Positions 9,595-22,320 of a stretch of 22,911 bases of DNA are shown here, in pieces. The notes under the pieces were generated by a model that saw only the letters and a list, made by a program, of their open reading frames with translations, had not been told where the DNA came from and ran no database searches. Location: IMG/VR virus record IMGVR_UViG_2541047860_000001; one strand, 5' to 3'. The stretch is from a virus. Lineage: Duplodnaviria; Heunggongvirae; Uroviricota; Caudoviricetes. Every line of letters begins with the position of its first letter. Position 1 is the first letter of the stretch. The position numbers were made by a program, and so were the translations under genes.

Positions 9595-10620
9595 TTACGC
9601 CAGTTGTACGGACACGAACTCATCAGGATCAGCCAGCAGCATCAGCGGTGCTGACTGAATCATGGTGAACTCACGCGCCGGATCGCCGGTGGTCACCCAG
9701 TTTTTCGGGTAGCGGGCAGAGGCGTTAATACCTTCGCGCTGTGCGTCCGCATCCTGAATGCAGCCATAGGTGCGCAGACCGCGTGCCTGAGTGTTCCCCA
9801 GCACCATCGTGTTGTCCGGCAGGAAGTTCTTTTTGACGTCGTTTTCCACGTACTGTCCGGAATACACGACGATCGCCGTATCGCCATACATCCCCTTATA
9901 GGACACCGCTTCGCCCAGGTCTTTTACCGCTGTCTCCAGCTCGGAATTAGAGCCGCGACGGGTATCCAGCTTCTCCTTGACGGCTTTGAAGGAACGGAAC
10001 AGCGCCCAGCCTTTCGGATCAAACACGATGATATTCACCACGCCGCTGGCGTTCAGCGCATAGGCTTCGATATCGTCGGTCGGGTCATACGTGGACTTGT
10101 CACACTTGCTCCACTCCGTACCACCGGACTGTGTGATGTTGTTCGCCGCACTGCGGCCCATATCCACCTCAACCGGATCGAAGGCTTCACCGGTCATGGT
10201 GTATTTGCCCTTAAGCACAGCAGAAACTGCCTGCATCTCTTCGACCTGAGCAATGGCCAGCTCTTCGTCTCGCATGTTCTGCATGATGATGCGACGGCGG
10301 CGGTAAGCCGGGTCCGCCAGATTCTGCGGATCTTCATCCGGCAGGCGACGCAGGGTCATCTGCGGATTCACCTCATGCTTGGGTTTGACATATCCCGGCG
10401 TAAATTCAGAGGTGGAGCCGCCACGGGAACGGATAACCTCACCGGAAACAATCGGCGAAACGTACAGCGCCATGTTTACCAGTCCCGGAATTTGTGAGAG
10501 ATAGACTTTCTCCGTGGTGAAGGGATAGCTCTCACGGAAAAAGAGACGCAGAAACAGCGGATCAAACTTAAATTTCTGCTCATTTGCCGCCAGCAGCTGG
10601 GCGGTTGTGTACATCGACAT
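9595..10620 (-). CDS. E: Major capsid protein E (341 aa from MSMYTTAQLLAANEQKFKFDPLFLRLFF)
   Basis: ATG at 10620; lambda gpE length and N-terminus. Confidence 0.93.
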   Translation of the reverse strand: MSMYTTAQLLAANEQKFKFDPLFLRLFFRESYPFTTEKVYLSQIPGLVNMALYVSPIVSGEVIRSRGGSTSEFTPGYVKPKHEVNPQMTLRRLPDEDPQNLADPAYRRRRIIMQNMRDEELAIAQVEEMQAVSAVLKGKYTMTGEAFDPVEVDMGRSAANNITQSGGTEWSKCDKSTYDPTDDIEAYALNASGVVNIIVFDPKGWALFRSFKAVKEKLDTRRGSNSELETAVKDLGEAVSYKGMYGDTAIVVYSGQYVENDVKKNFLPDNTMVLGNTQARGLRTYGCIQDADAQREGINASARYPKNWVTTGDPAREFTMIQSAPLMLLADPDEFVSVQLA

Positions 10621-10633
10621 AAAAAAATCCCGT

Positions 10634-10654
10634 AAAAAAAGCCGCACAGGCGGC
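10634..10654 (-). terminator. D-E intergenic stem-loop (GCCGC-CUGU-GCGGC) followed by U7; partial terminator or RNA-stability hairpin
   Basis: Seen: 5-bp GC stem at 10641-10654 with an A-run on the plus strand (U-run in the minus transcript) between the D stop and the E start. Confidence 0.45.
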
Positions 10655-10675
10655 CTTTAGTGATGAAGGGTAAAG

Positions 10676-11008
10676 TTAAACGATGCTGATTGCCGTTCCG
10701 GCAAACGCGGTCCGTTTTTTCGTCTCGTCGCTGGCAGCCTCCGGCCAGAGCACATCCTCATAACGGAACGTGCCGGACTTGTAGAACGTCAGCGTGGTGC
10801 TGGTCTGGTCAGCATCAACCGCCAGAATGCCAACGGCAGTACCGTCGGTGGTGCCATCCCACGCAACCAGCTTACGGGTGGAGGTGTCCAGCATCAGCGG
10901 GGTCATTGCAGGCGCTTTCGCACTCAATCCGCCGGGCGCGGTTGCGGTATGAGCCGGGTCACTGTTGCCCAGCGGCTGGTAATGGGTAAAGGTTTCTTTG
11001 CTCGTCAT
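10676..11008 (-). CDS. D: Capsid decoration protein D (110 aa from [27 protein letters not shown])
   Basis: Matches lambda gpD; start taken at the MTSKET Met (11008). Confidence 0.92.
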   Translation of the reverse strand: MTSKETFTHYQPLGNSDPAHTATAPGGLSAKAPAMTPLMLDTSTRKLVAWDGTTDGTAVGILAVDADQTSTTLTFYKSGTFRYEDVLWPEAASDETKKRTAFAGTAISIV

Positions 11009-11017
11009 AAACATCCC

Positions 11018-11413
11018 TTACACTGGTGTGTTCAGCAAATCGTTAACGGCATCAGATGCCGGGTTACCTGCAGCCAGCGGTGCCGGTGCCCCCTGCATCA
11101 GACGATCCAGCGCAGTGTCACTGCGCGCCTGTGCACTCTGTGGTGCAGCTGCCAGAATGCGGCGGGCCGTTTCCACGGTCATACCGGGGGTTTCTGCCAG
11201 CACGCGGGCCTGTTCTTCGCGTCCGTGAGCCTCCTCACAGTTGAGGATCCCCATAATGCGGCTGTTTTCTGCCGCAACCGCAGCGGTGATCTGCGCGTTC
11301 ACGTCCGGCTGCGCCGCGCTGGCGTTTTCGCCCTCCGTCGCTGGCACCACGTCAGTAACGTCAGCCTGCGAAGCAGTGGCTGAAACAGTTGTTGATTGAG
11401 TCTCTTTGGTCAT
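11018..11413 (-). CDS. Nu3: Scaffolding protein Nu3 (131 aa), in-frame internal start within the 3' part of C
   Basis: Seen: ATG at 11413 preceded by AGGAGG; MTKETQSTTVSATASQADVTDVVPATEGE.... Established: lambda Nu3 is nested in frame in C. Confidence 0.85.
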   Translation of the reverse strand: MTKETQSTTVSATASQADVTDVVPATEGENASAAQPDVNAQITAAVAAENSRIMGILNCEEAHGREEQARVLAETPGMTVETARRILAAAPQSAQARSDTALDRLMQGAPAPLAAGNPASDAVNDLLNTPV

Positions 11414-12317
11414 TCGCCCTCCTGAGAGACGGGATTTACGTGCATCCAGTGCATCACGCATAACGGTGATCGCATCGGTGCTGTTGACAAGTTCATCAGC
11501 CAGTCCGGCATCAATGGCCTCCTGACCGCTGTACACTGCAGCCTCGGTATCCAGCACAGCCTGCACGGACAGGCCGGTATATGCCGACACCTTCTGTGCA
11601 AACATCCGGCGGGTTGCATCCATCCGGGACTGCAATGTTTCCCGGACATCATCCGGTAGATGGCTGTAGGGGTTGCCATCCACCTTATGGCTGCCGCTGT
11701 AAATCAGCGTGATTTCCACGCCCTGTTTCTCCAGTGCAGCGCCGTAATTACTGTGAGCCATCATGACGCCGATGGAGCCTGTCCGGGCGGTCTGCGTGAC
11801 CAGACGCCGGGAGGCGGCACTGGCAAGCAGCTGACCTGCGCTGCAGTTCATGTCATTGGCCAGCGCCCATACCGGCTTTATGTCACGCACACGGGCGATG
11901 ATGTCAGCGCAGTCAAATGCCCCCGCCACCATCCCGCCGGGCGTGTCCATATCGAGCAGAATGCCGTCCACCATCGGATCGCTGGCAGCCTGTTGCAGAC
12001 GGGCGATAATGCCGTTGTAACCGGTCATCCCCGAGTACGGCTGCAGCGCCCGCGTCCGGCTGACCAGCGTGCCGGACACCGGCAGCACGGCGATGCCGTT
12101 CATGACCTGATAACTGCGGGCCTGTCGTGGTCCGTCATCATCACCGGATAATGCCAGCGTCGCGAGTGCCTCCTGGGCAGTCAGGCTGTCGCCGGACACC
12201 GCATCCGTCAGGCGGCTGATCCCAAGCTGGCCTGCAAGCGCACAAAAGAAAACCCGCGCATAGGCGGGTTCAAGCATCAGCGGCTCATTAAAAGCCATGC
12301 TGGCAATATGCGGGAGA

Positions 12318-12337
<20 letters not shown>
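11018..12337 (-). CDS. C: Head maturation protease/scaffold C (439 aa, GTG start)
   Basis: Seen: GTG at 12337 (VTAELRNLPHIASMAFNEPLMLEP...) overlapping the B stop by 20 nt; length equals lambda gpC. The 484-aa track ORF is an upstream extension. Confidence 0.88.
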
Positions 12338-16018
<3,681 letters not shown>

Positions 16019-16044
<26 letters not shown>

Positions 16045-16564
16045 TCAGCAACCCCGGTATCAGTTCATCCAGCGCGGCTGCTTTGTTCATGGCTTTGATG
16101 ATATCCCGTTTCAGGAAATCAACATGTCGGTTTTCCAGTTCCGGAAAACGCCGCTGCACCGACAGGGGGATCCCGTCGAGAATACTGGCAATTTCACCTG
16201 CGATCCGCGACAGCACGAAAGTACAGAATGCGGTTTCCACCACTTCAGCGGAGTCTCTGGCATTTTTCAGCTCCTGTGCGTCGGCCTGCGCACGCGTAAG
16301 TCGATGGCGTTCGTACTCAATAGTCCCTGGCTGGAGATCTGTCTCGCTGGCCTGCCGCAGTTCTTCAACTTCCCGGCGCAGCTTTTCGTTCTCAATTTCA
16401 GCATCCCTTTCGGCATACCATCTTATAACGGCGGCAGAGTCATAAAGCACCTCATTACCCTTGCCACCGCCTCGCAGAACGGGCATTCCCTGTTCCTGCC
16501 AGTTCTGAATGGTACGGATACTCGCACCGAAAATGTCAGCCAGCTGCTTTTTGTTGACTTCCAT
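16019..16564 (-). CDS. Nu1: Terminase small subunit Nu1 (181 aa)
   Basis: 181 aa, MEVNKKQLADIFGASIRTIQNWQEQGMPVLRGGGKGNEVLYDSAAVIRWYAERDAEIENEKLRREVEELRQ..., matches lambda Nu1. Confidence 0.94.
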
Positions 16565-16790
16565 TGTTCATTCCACGGCCAAAAACAGAGAAAGGAAACG
16601 ACAGAGGCCCAAAAGCTCGTTTTCAGCACCTGTCGTTTCCTTTCTTTTCAGGGGGTATTTTAAATAAAAACATTAAGTTACGACGAAGAAGAACGGAAAT
16701 GCCTTAAACCGGAAAATTTTCATAAATAGCGAAAACCCGCGAGGTCGCCGCCCCGTAACCTGTCGGATCGCCGGAAAGGACCCGCAAAAT
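16565..16790 (-). other. cos packaging site: cosB (about 16565-16741), cosN with the 12-nt cohesive-end sequence (16742-16753, plus strand AGGTCGCCGCCC = reverse complement of GGGCGGCGACCT), cosQ side (about 16754-16790)
   Basis: Seen: gaaaacccgcg-aggtcgccgccc-cgtaacctgtcggatcgccggaaaggaccc is the reverse complement of the lambda left-end/right-end junction. Established: lambda cos architecture. Confidence 0.88.
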
Positions 16791-16952
16791 GATAATAATT
16801 ATCATCTGCATGTCACAACGTGCATCTACGCCATCAAACCACGTCAAATAATCAATTATGACGCAGATATCGTATTAATTGATCTGCATCAACTTAACGT
16901 AAAAACAACTTCAGACAATACAAATCAGCGACACTGAATACGGGACAACCTC

Positions 16953-17186
16953 ATGTCAACGAAGAACAGAACCCGCAGAACAACAACCCGCAACATCCGC
17001 TTTCCTAACCAAATGATTGAACAAATTAACATCGCTCTTGAGCAAAAAGGGTCCGGGAATTTCTCAGCCTGGGTCATTGAAGCCTGCCGCCGGAGACTGT
17101 GCTCAGAAAAAAGAGTTTCTTCTGAAGCAAACAAAGAAAAGAGTGACATTACTGAATTGCTCAGAAAACAGGTCAGACCAGATTGA
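16953..17186 (+). CDS. ynfO: Small basic protein with ribbon-helix-helix-like core (77 aa); YnfO-like, equivalent to an ORF near the lambda right end
   Basis: Seen: MSTKNRTRRTTTRNIRFPNQMIEQINIALEQKGSGNFSAWVIEACRRRL... The strand/helix/turn/helix spacing is my reading, not a search result. Symbol assigned by position and memory of K-12 Qin. Confidence 0.7.
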   Translation: MSTKNRTRRTTTRNIRFPNQMIEQINIALEQKGSGNFSAWVIEACRRRLCSEKRVSSEANKEKSDITELLRKQVRPD

Positions 17187-17243
17187 AGCAATTTAGATAA
17201 TCGTGCAGACTACGCCCCCTCATATCACATGGAAGGTTTATCT

Positions 17244-17654
17244 ATGGATCAGGTAGTCATTTTTAAACAAATATTTGATAAAGTTCGAAACGATTTAAAC
17301 TATCAATGGTTTTATTCTGAGCTAAAACGTCACAATGTCTCACATTACATTTACTATTTAGCCACAGAGAATGTTCATATTGTATTAAAAAATGATAATA
17401 CAGTGTTATTAAAGGGCCTAAAAAACATTGTGTCTGTCAAATTTTCAAAGGATAGGCATCTTATAGAAACGACCTCTAATAAGCTGAAATCCAGAGAGAT
17501 CACATTTCAGGAATACAGAAGAAACCTTGCTAAAGCAGGAGTTTTTCGGTGGGTTACAAATATCCACGAACAAAAAAGATATTACTATACCTTTGATAAT
17601 TCATTACTATTTACTGAAAGCATCCAGAAAACTACACAGATCTTACCACGCTAA
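17244..17654 (+). CDS. ydfO: DUF1398-type protein, YdfO-like (136 aa from [11 protein letters not shown]; the track ORF starts 5 codons upstream at 17229)
   Basis: Seen: GGAAGG 9 nt before the ATG at 17244; the sequence (…[46 protein letters not shown]...) matches my memory of E. coli YdfO. Function unknown. Confidence 0.75.
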
Positions 17655-17662
17655 ACCATAAC

Positions 17663-17691
17663 GTCCGGCTTCTCTCACTCCTGAGCCGGAC
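17663..17691 (+). terminator. Possible stem-loop between convergent ydfO and gnsB (GTCCGGCT / AGCCGGAC, 13-nt loop); no clear U-tract
   Basis: Seen: 8-bp inverted repeat immediately after the ydfO stop. Weak as an intrinsic terminator. Confidence 0.3.
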
Positions 17692-17805
17692 TGCATTGGT
17701 TTAATAAAAACCATCAACAATTGTGATTTAGATATTCGGAACCATTCAAATATAACAAAACCCCGTAAAAACGAGGTTTATGGATAAATTTTATTATTGA
17801 ATACA

Positions 17806-17979
17806 TCAGATTAAATTAATCTTGACATCATAGCTTTCAAGACCCGTCATTTTTTCCCGTGCGGTAAACTGAATACTGGTAACTTCTTTCCCGGTCTTTT
17901 TCTTAAGTTCAATAATTTTTTTTGTTATATATTCAGAAATATCTGCTTCTGCTTTTGTTTTTAAGTTTTCAATATTCAT
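17806..17979 (-). CDS. gnsB: GnsA/GnsB-family small protein (57 aa); not in the ORF track because it is under 60 aa
   Basis: Seen: minus-strand ORF M(M)NIENLKTKAEADISEYITKKIIELKKKTGKEVTSIQFTAREKMTGLESYDVKINLI; tandem ATGs at 17982 and 17979. Established: GnsB is encoded in K-12 Qin. Confidence 0.75.
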   Translation of the reverse strand: MNIENLKTKAEADISEYITKKIIELKKKTGKEVTSIQFTAREKMTGLESYDVKINLI

Positions 17980-18150
17980 CATTTCCTCTTTTAGTCTGTT
18001 ATGACTTTCCAGTTACACAGTAAGTCGATTATATGGTGCAAACGTGTAAAAGATAAGATGAAACATCGCAATAATCAACATACGATAGTCTAAATTTTAC
18101 ACAAACAGACAAAGAAAATTTTCCTGAATTATCAATACAATAGCATCAAA

Positions 18151-18381
18151 TCAACTCAAGAGCCTTATTGCTGCTTCCAGAATTTCTTCTGAAGTAACAT
18201 GTCGATCCGCGGCTACATAAATGACTTTATGATCTCCGGTCAGAGATGGAAACCCTGCGGCCATTACAGTAAGGTGTGTTTTTTCGCCATTTGGATATTC
18301 ACGCATGATGGTGTTAACTCCAGTCATCGCTGGCACTACCACTGCAGGTTCAGAGTTAAAAAAAACTATGATTTTTTTCAT
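18151..18381 (-). CDS. Small protein of unknown function (76 aa from MKKIIVFFNSEPAVVVPAMTGV...; alternative start 18423 gives 90 aa); by position possibly YnfN-like
   Basis: ORF track 18151-18423; no strong SD before either start; sits between gnsB and cspI. I cannot confirm identity from memory. Confidence 0.5.
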   Translation of the reverse strand: MKKIIVFFNSEPAVVVPAMTGVNTIMREYPNGEKTHLTVMAAGFPSLTGDHKVIYVAADRHVTSEEILEAAIRLLS

Positions 18382-18418
18382 GATGTTACCGTAGTATGTG
18401 AGTATCCATCGAATAGAT

Positions 18419-18446
18419 ACCAAGCAAAAAAGCTCCCGAAGGAGCC
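18419..18446 (-). terminator. Candidate intrinsic terminator downstream of cspI (GCUCC-UUCG-GGAGC + U6)
   Basis: Seen: 5-bp GC stem at 18432-18445 with a run of 6 A on the plus strand (U in the minus transcript). Short stem; it overlaps the longer alternative start of the adjacent small ORF. Confidence 0.4.
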
Positions 18447-18652
18447 TTCATTTTCACTTTTTTAAATCCAACGACAGACGGCTGGCATTTAAGTATTGTG
18501 AAATATTATCAAATGTAATCATCATTGATTTACAAAAGATACATTTTGCCCCGAAAGGATTCATGTCAGAAACATCAAAAGATGATGTTCTATACTGGGA
18601 ACCATGACAACACGGGCATCTAAAGTGAATATGGTTTGTAATATTGTCTACC

Positions 18653-18865
18653 TCAAAGCGCCACTACATGAACAGCGGCAGGACCTTTAGGTCCGTTCTC
18701 AATACCAAATTCAACTTCCTGATTCTCAGTTAATGTTTTGAAATCGTTGCTCTGAATTGCTGAGAAATGGACAAACACATCTTTGCTGCCATCTTTCGGC
18801 GTGATGAAACCAAAACCTTTTTCAGGGTTAAACCATTTCACTAAACCAGTCATTTTGTTAGACAT
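18653..18865 (-). CDS. cspI: Cold-shock protein, CspA family (70 aa), CspI
   Basis: Seen: [70 protein letters not shown]; RNP1-like KGFGFI and RNP2-like VFVHF motifs; matches remembered CspI. Confidence 0.9.
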   Translation of the reverse strand: MSNKMTGLVKWFNPEKGFGFITPKDGSKDVFVHFSAIQSNDFKTLTENQEVEFGIENGPKGPAAVHVVAL

Positions 18866-19228
18866 AATTATTACCTTTTGAAGAAATTAGCCCTTGGGCA
18901 GAATGGTCCGAAAAAAAATATCAGAGAGAAAAACCAACAAGGAAATCTCAAGAGGTACAAATAATAAAATTATAACAATGACTGCTTCAGATAAATTTGT
19001 AACAAACCAGAACACCATTAACGCATGATTAACCACCCATAGCAAGGATTACTTTTGTAAAGAAAAACACAGCAATGAAAGAATAGCTTTATTTATTAAT
19101 AATAACGTGTCATTCTGATTAAGACCTTTTATCTTACCCTTAAGATTTCAGGAATTTTGGCTCATGGAAGAGTCCTTTTTATTTAAATTTTACATTCCGC
19201 GATGTAAATGTTCCGATTTAATATTACC

Positions 19229-20252
<1,024 letters not shown>

Positions 20253-20256
<4 letters not shown>

Positions 20257-20564
20257 ATATATTTATGATGAGGACGCTCGTGCTTATTGGCAGGATTTTC
20301 AATCTTAAAGGAGTACTGATGCTGCAGATAAGACTCAACTTTTTCTGACAATTTTTCTGCTACTTCCAGGAAGACTTGCCGGACGCTCCTTCTGGCTGCT
20401 GCCTCATAAAACTCCAGCGCAGCTCCTTCAACACGGTCCATGGCGACATCCAGGTCAAAAATTTCACCGTCAAAGCGTTCTTTGTCCTGTAAGGCTACAG
20501 TTACCGTAACTTTATTCTCAAAATTACGGACTCCTTTCACAACCAGTTCATAGTCTTGAGTCAT
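20253..20564 (-). CDS. ydfR: DUF1327-type protein of unknown function (103 aa) between holin and endolysin
   Basis: Seen: MTQDYELVVKGVRNFENKVTVTVALQDKERFDGEIFDLDVAMDRVEGAALEFYEAAARR...; GGAGAG SD; stop overlaps the endolysin ATG (ATGA). Symbol by synteny with K-12 Qin. Confidence 0.75.
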
Positions 20565-20568
20565 TGGA

Positions 20569-20784
20569 TTACTCTCCTCTCGCAGCCTTACGCCTGTCTT
20601 CTTTAATCTTGAAATAAAGATTTGTCAGATACGTCAGCAGGCCAAAAACCAGGCTACCCAGCACACCGATTGCAGCCCACTGTGACGGAGTTACTTTATC
20701 GAGTAACTGCAATGCCCAGAAACCAGCATTACCCGCCGATGTGCCATAGGCAACACCTGTTGTTAACTTATCCATTGATTTCAT
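20569..20784 (-). CDS. essQ: Class II holin of S21 pinholin type (71 aa) with dual-start motif MKSM
   Basis: Seen: [71 protein letters not shown], two TM segments, close to phage-21 S; GGGGTGAGGA SD before the ATG at 20784. The track ORF starting at 20859 is an extension without RBS. Confidence 0.88.
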   Translation of the reverse strand: MKSMDKLTTGVAYGTSAGNAGFWALQLLDKVTPSQWAAIGVLGSLVFGLLTYLTNLYFKIKEDRRKAARGE

Positions 20785-21003
20785 ATCCTCACCCCGATGT
20801 ACACGGATGGTGCAATATGTTTGAAAAGATCGGAGTCTACGGGGTAGTTTTGACAGCACACGTTGTTCTCAACGGCGCTAAAAAAACATACACATTAAAA
20901 ATGTGGGTAATTATTTTGAAAGAAAGTCATATATAAAATAATAATACGAGAAATGTTTTCATATTTAGTGTACTGTATACGGCCATTTATACAGGAAAAG
21001 CCT

Positions 21004-21174
21004 ATGTCAGAACGTAAAAACTCAAAATCACGCCGTAATTATCTCGTTAAATGTTCCTGCCCAAACTGCACCCAAGAGTCAGAACACAGTTTTTCAAGAG
21101 TACAAAAAGGTGCCCTTTTGATCTGCCCTCATTGCAACAAAGTATTCCAGACAAATCTTAAAGCTGTAGCCTGA
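21004..21174 (+). CDS. Small zinc-ribbon protein (56 aa, two CxxC pairs), possibly YnfU-like
   Basis: Seen: AGGAAA 8 nt before the ATG at 21004; MSERKNSKSRRNYLVKCSCPNCTQESEHSFSRVQKGALLICPHCNKVFQTNLKAVA with CPNC...CPHC. Resemblance to K-12 YnfU is from memory and unverified. Confidence 0.6.
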   Translation: MSERKNSKSRRNYLVKCSCPNCTQESEHSFSRVQKGALLICPHCNKVFQTNLKAVA

Positions 21175-21224
21175 TTGATTTTATTAGTAACAAGTATTTT
21201 TTATATTTTAATAATATATTTAAA

Positions 21225-21256
21225 GCAGATAATAAAAAACCCGCCTGAGCGGGTTT
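21225..21256 (-). terminator. Intrinsic terminator (AAACCCGC-UCAG-GCGGGUUU + U-tract) downstream of cspB
   Basis: Seen: 8-bp stem at 21237-21256 followed on the minus strand by UUUUUUAUUAUC; on the plus strand it lies about 65 nt after the zinc-ribbon ORF, so it may act in both directions. Confidence 0.6.
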
Positions 21257-21537
21257 GAGATTGTGGTGCTTTTTGTGGGAGTCATCCACTTACGCACTTT
21301 GTTTTGCCATGCCAGCAGTTAGCTTCTGCTGTAAAACTATTCATGCAGCAAACCTGCACTTCACCACAATGGTTAGCATACTTTTCCTGATTAAGATTTT
21401 GCCAAATATGCTAGCCATTGTTTCATGTATTGGACCTCCTTACTTTTTATTAAAGAGATCCAATATTCACTACTCTGTCCGTATCTCTACTCAGGCATCA
21501 GCCTTCTTCGTTATCGTATACAGACGAGCGATGAATT

Positions 21538-21753
21538 TTAATCAGTAATGATGACATTTGCTGCTGCAGGACCTTTAGCACCACTCTCTATAGAGAAGGT
21601 AACCTTTTGACCTTCAAATAAGGTTCGATAATTATCATTCTGAATCGCAGAAAAATGCACAAACACATCTTTACTACCATCAACAGGAGAAATAAAGCCG
21701 AAACCTTTATCAGCGTTAAACCATTTTACTAAACCAGTCATTTTATTTGACAT
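21538..21753 (-). CDS. cspB: Cold-shock protein, CspA family (71 aa), CspB
   Basis: Seen: [71 protein letters not shown]; matches remembered CspB. Confidence 0.9.
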   Translation of the reverse strand: MSNKMTGLVKWFNADKGFGFISPVDGSKDVFVHFSAIQNDNYRTLFEGQKVTFSIESGAKGPAAANVIITD

Positions 21754-21960
21754 TCTACATTCCTTAACTTGAGCCTTTCGGCATAAATGGTTTGCATAAC
21801 AGAAACGACTTCGTACTTAATTGGAGAGACTCAAAGAAGGAATAAGTGAATAACACCTGAAATGAGAACTGCTTTAGTAAACTACTTCGTATATCGTCTG
21901 TTCTTCAAACCGACGCAATCATTAACGCATAGTTGAACATATGAAGCAATGTTTATTTTA
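21754..21960 (-). promoter_or_regulatory. cspB promoter and long 5' UTR with cold-box-like element (minus-strand CGGTTTGAAGAACAGACGA at 21894-21912)
   Basis: Seen: about 160-nt leader before cspB ending in the SD AAGGAATG; the motif resembles the cspA cold box (CGGTTTGACGTACAGAC); -35 TTGCTT / -10 GTTAAT candidates upstream. Established: cspA-type genes have long cold-box leaders. Confidence 0.55.
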
Positions 21961-22053
21961 GACATCCAGCCATCTTCAACCCCATCAAAAAACTATAGCT
22001 TTCTTCAGGAACGTGTGTATAGTGCGCCAAGTTATCAGTATTAAGGAATTTTT

Positions 22054-22266
22054 TTGTCCCGTAAAATGACAGGAATTGTCAAAACCTTTGACGGCAAAAG
22101 CGGCAAGGGTCTTATCACCCCATCCGATGGTCGTATCGATGTCCAGCTTCATGTTTCAGCGCTCAATCTCCGCGATGCAGAAGAAATTACCACCGGATTA
22201 CGCGTGGAATTTTGCCGGATAAATGGTCTGCGTGGCCCTTCAGCTGCCAATGTTTACCTTTCATGA
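22054..22266 (+). CDS. cspF: CspA-family paralogue of the CspF/CspH subgroup (70 aa)
   Basis: Seen: [70 protein letters not shown]; diverges from canonical RNP motifs as CspF/H do; divergent from cspB as in K-12 Qin. Confidence 0.85.
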
Positions 22267-22320
22267 GCTATATTAAAGCTTTAATTTCAGGCCCCATCGG
22301 ATCACACATGGAGAGTTTTT

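Noticed and set aside
11660-12151. 163-aa plus-strand ORF
   Set aside because: Antisense to C/Nu3; the minus strand encodes a full-length lambda-type protease/scaffold.
16124-16663. 179-aa plus-strand ORF spanning the Nu1 region and cosB
   Set aside because: Antisense to Nu1 and runs into cos; no RBS; the minus-strand product is unambiguous.
18398-18607. 69-aa plus-strand ORF between the unassigned small ORF and cspI
   Set aside because: No SD; overlaps the candidate minus-strand terminator; low-complexity AT-rich translation. A 14-codon plus-strand micro-ORF with AAAGGA SD at about 18563 was also noted but is too short to support.
20785-20859. Upstream extension of the holin ORF (96-aa version starting MLSKLPRR)
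   Set aside because: No RBS before the upstream ATG, whereas the MKSM start has GGGGTGAGGA and reproduces the S21-type length and dual-start motif.
20622-20936. 104-aa plus-strand ORF
   Set aside because: Largely antisense to the holin gene and its upstream region; the holin assignment is strong and this frame has no SD.
21255-21548. 97-aa plus-strand ORF
   Set aside because: Starts inside the terminator hairpin, has no SD, and overlaps the cspB 3' end in antisense.
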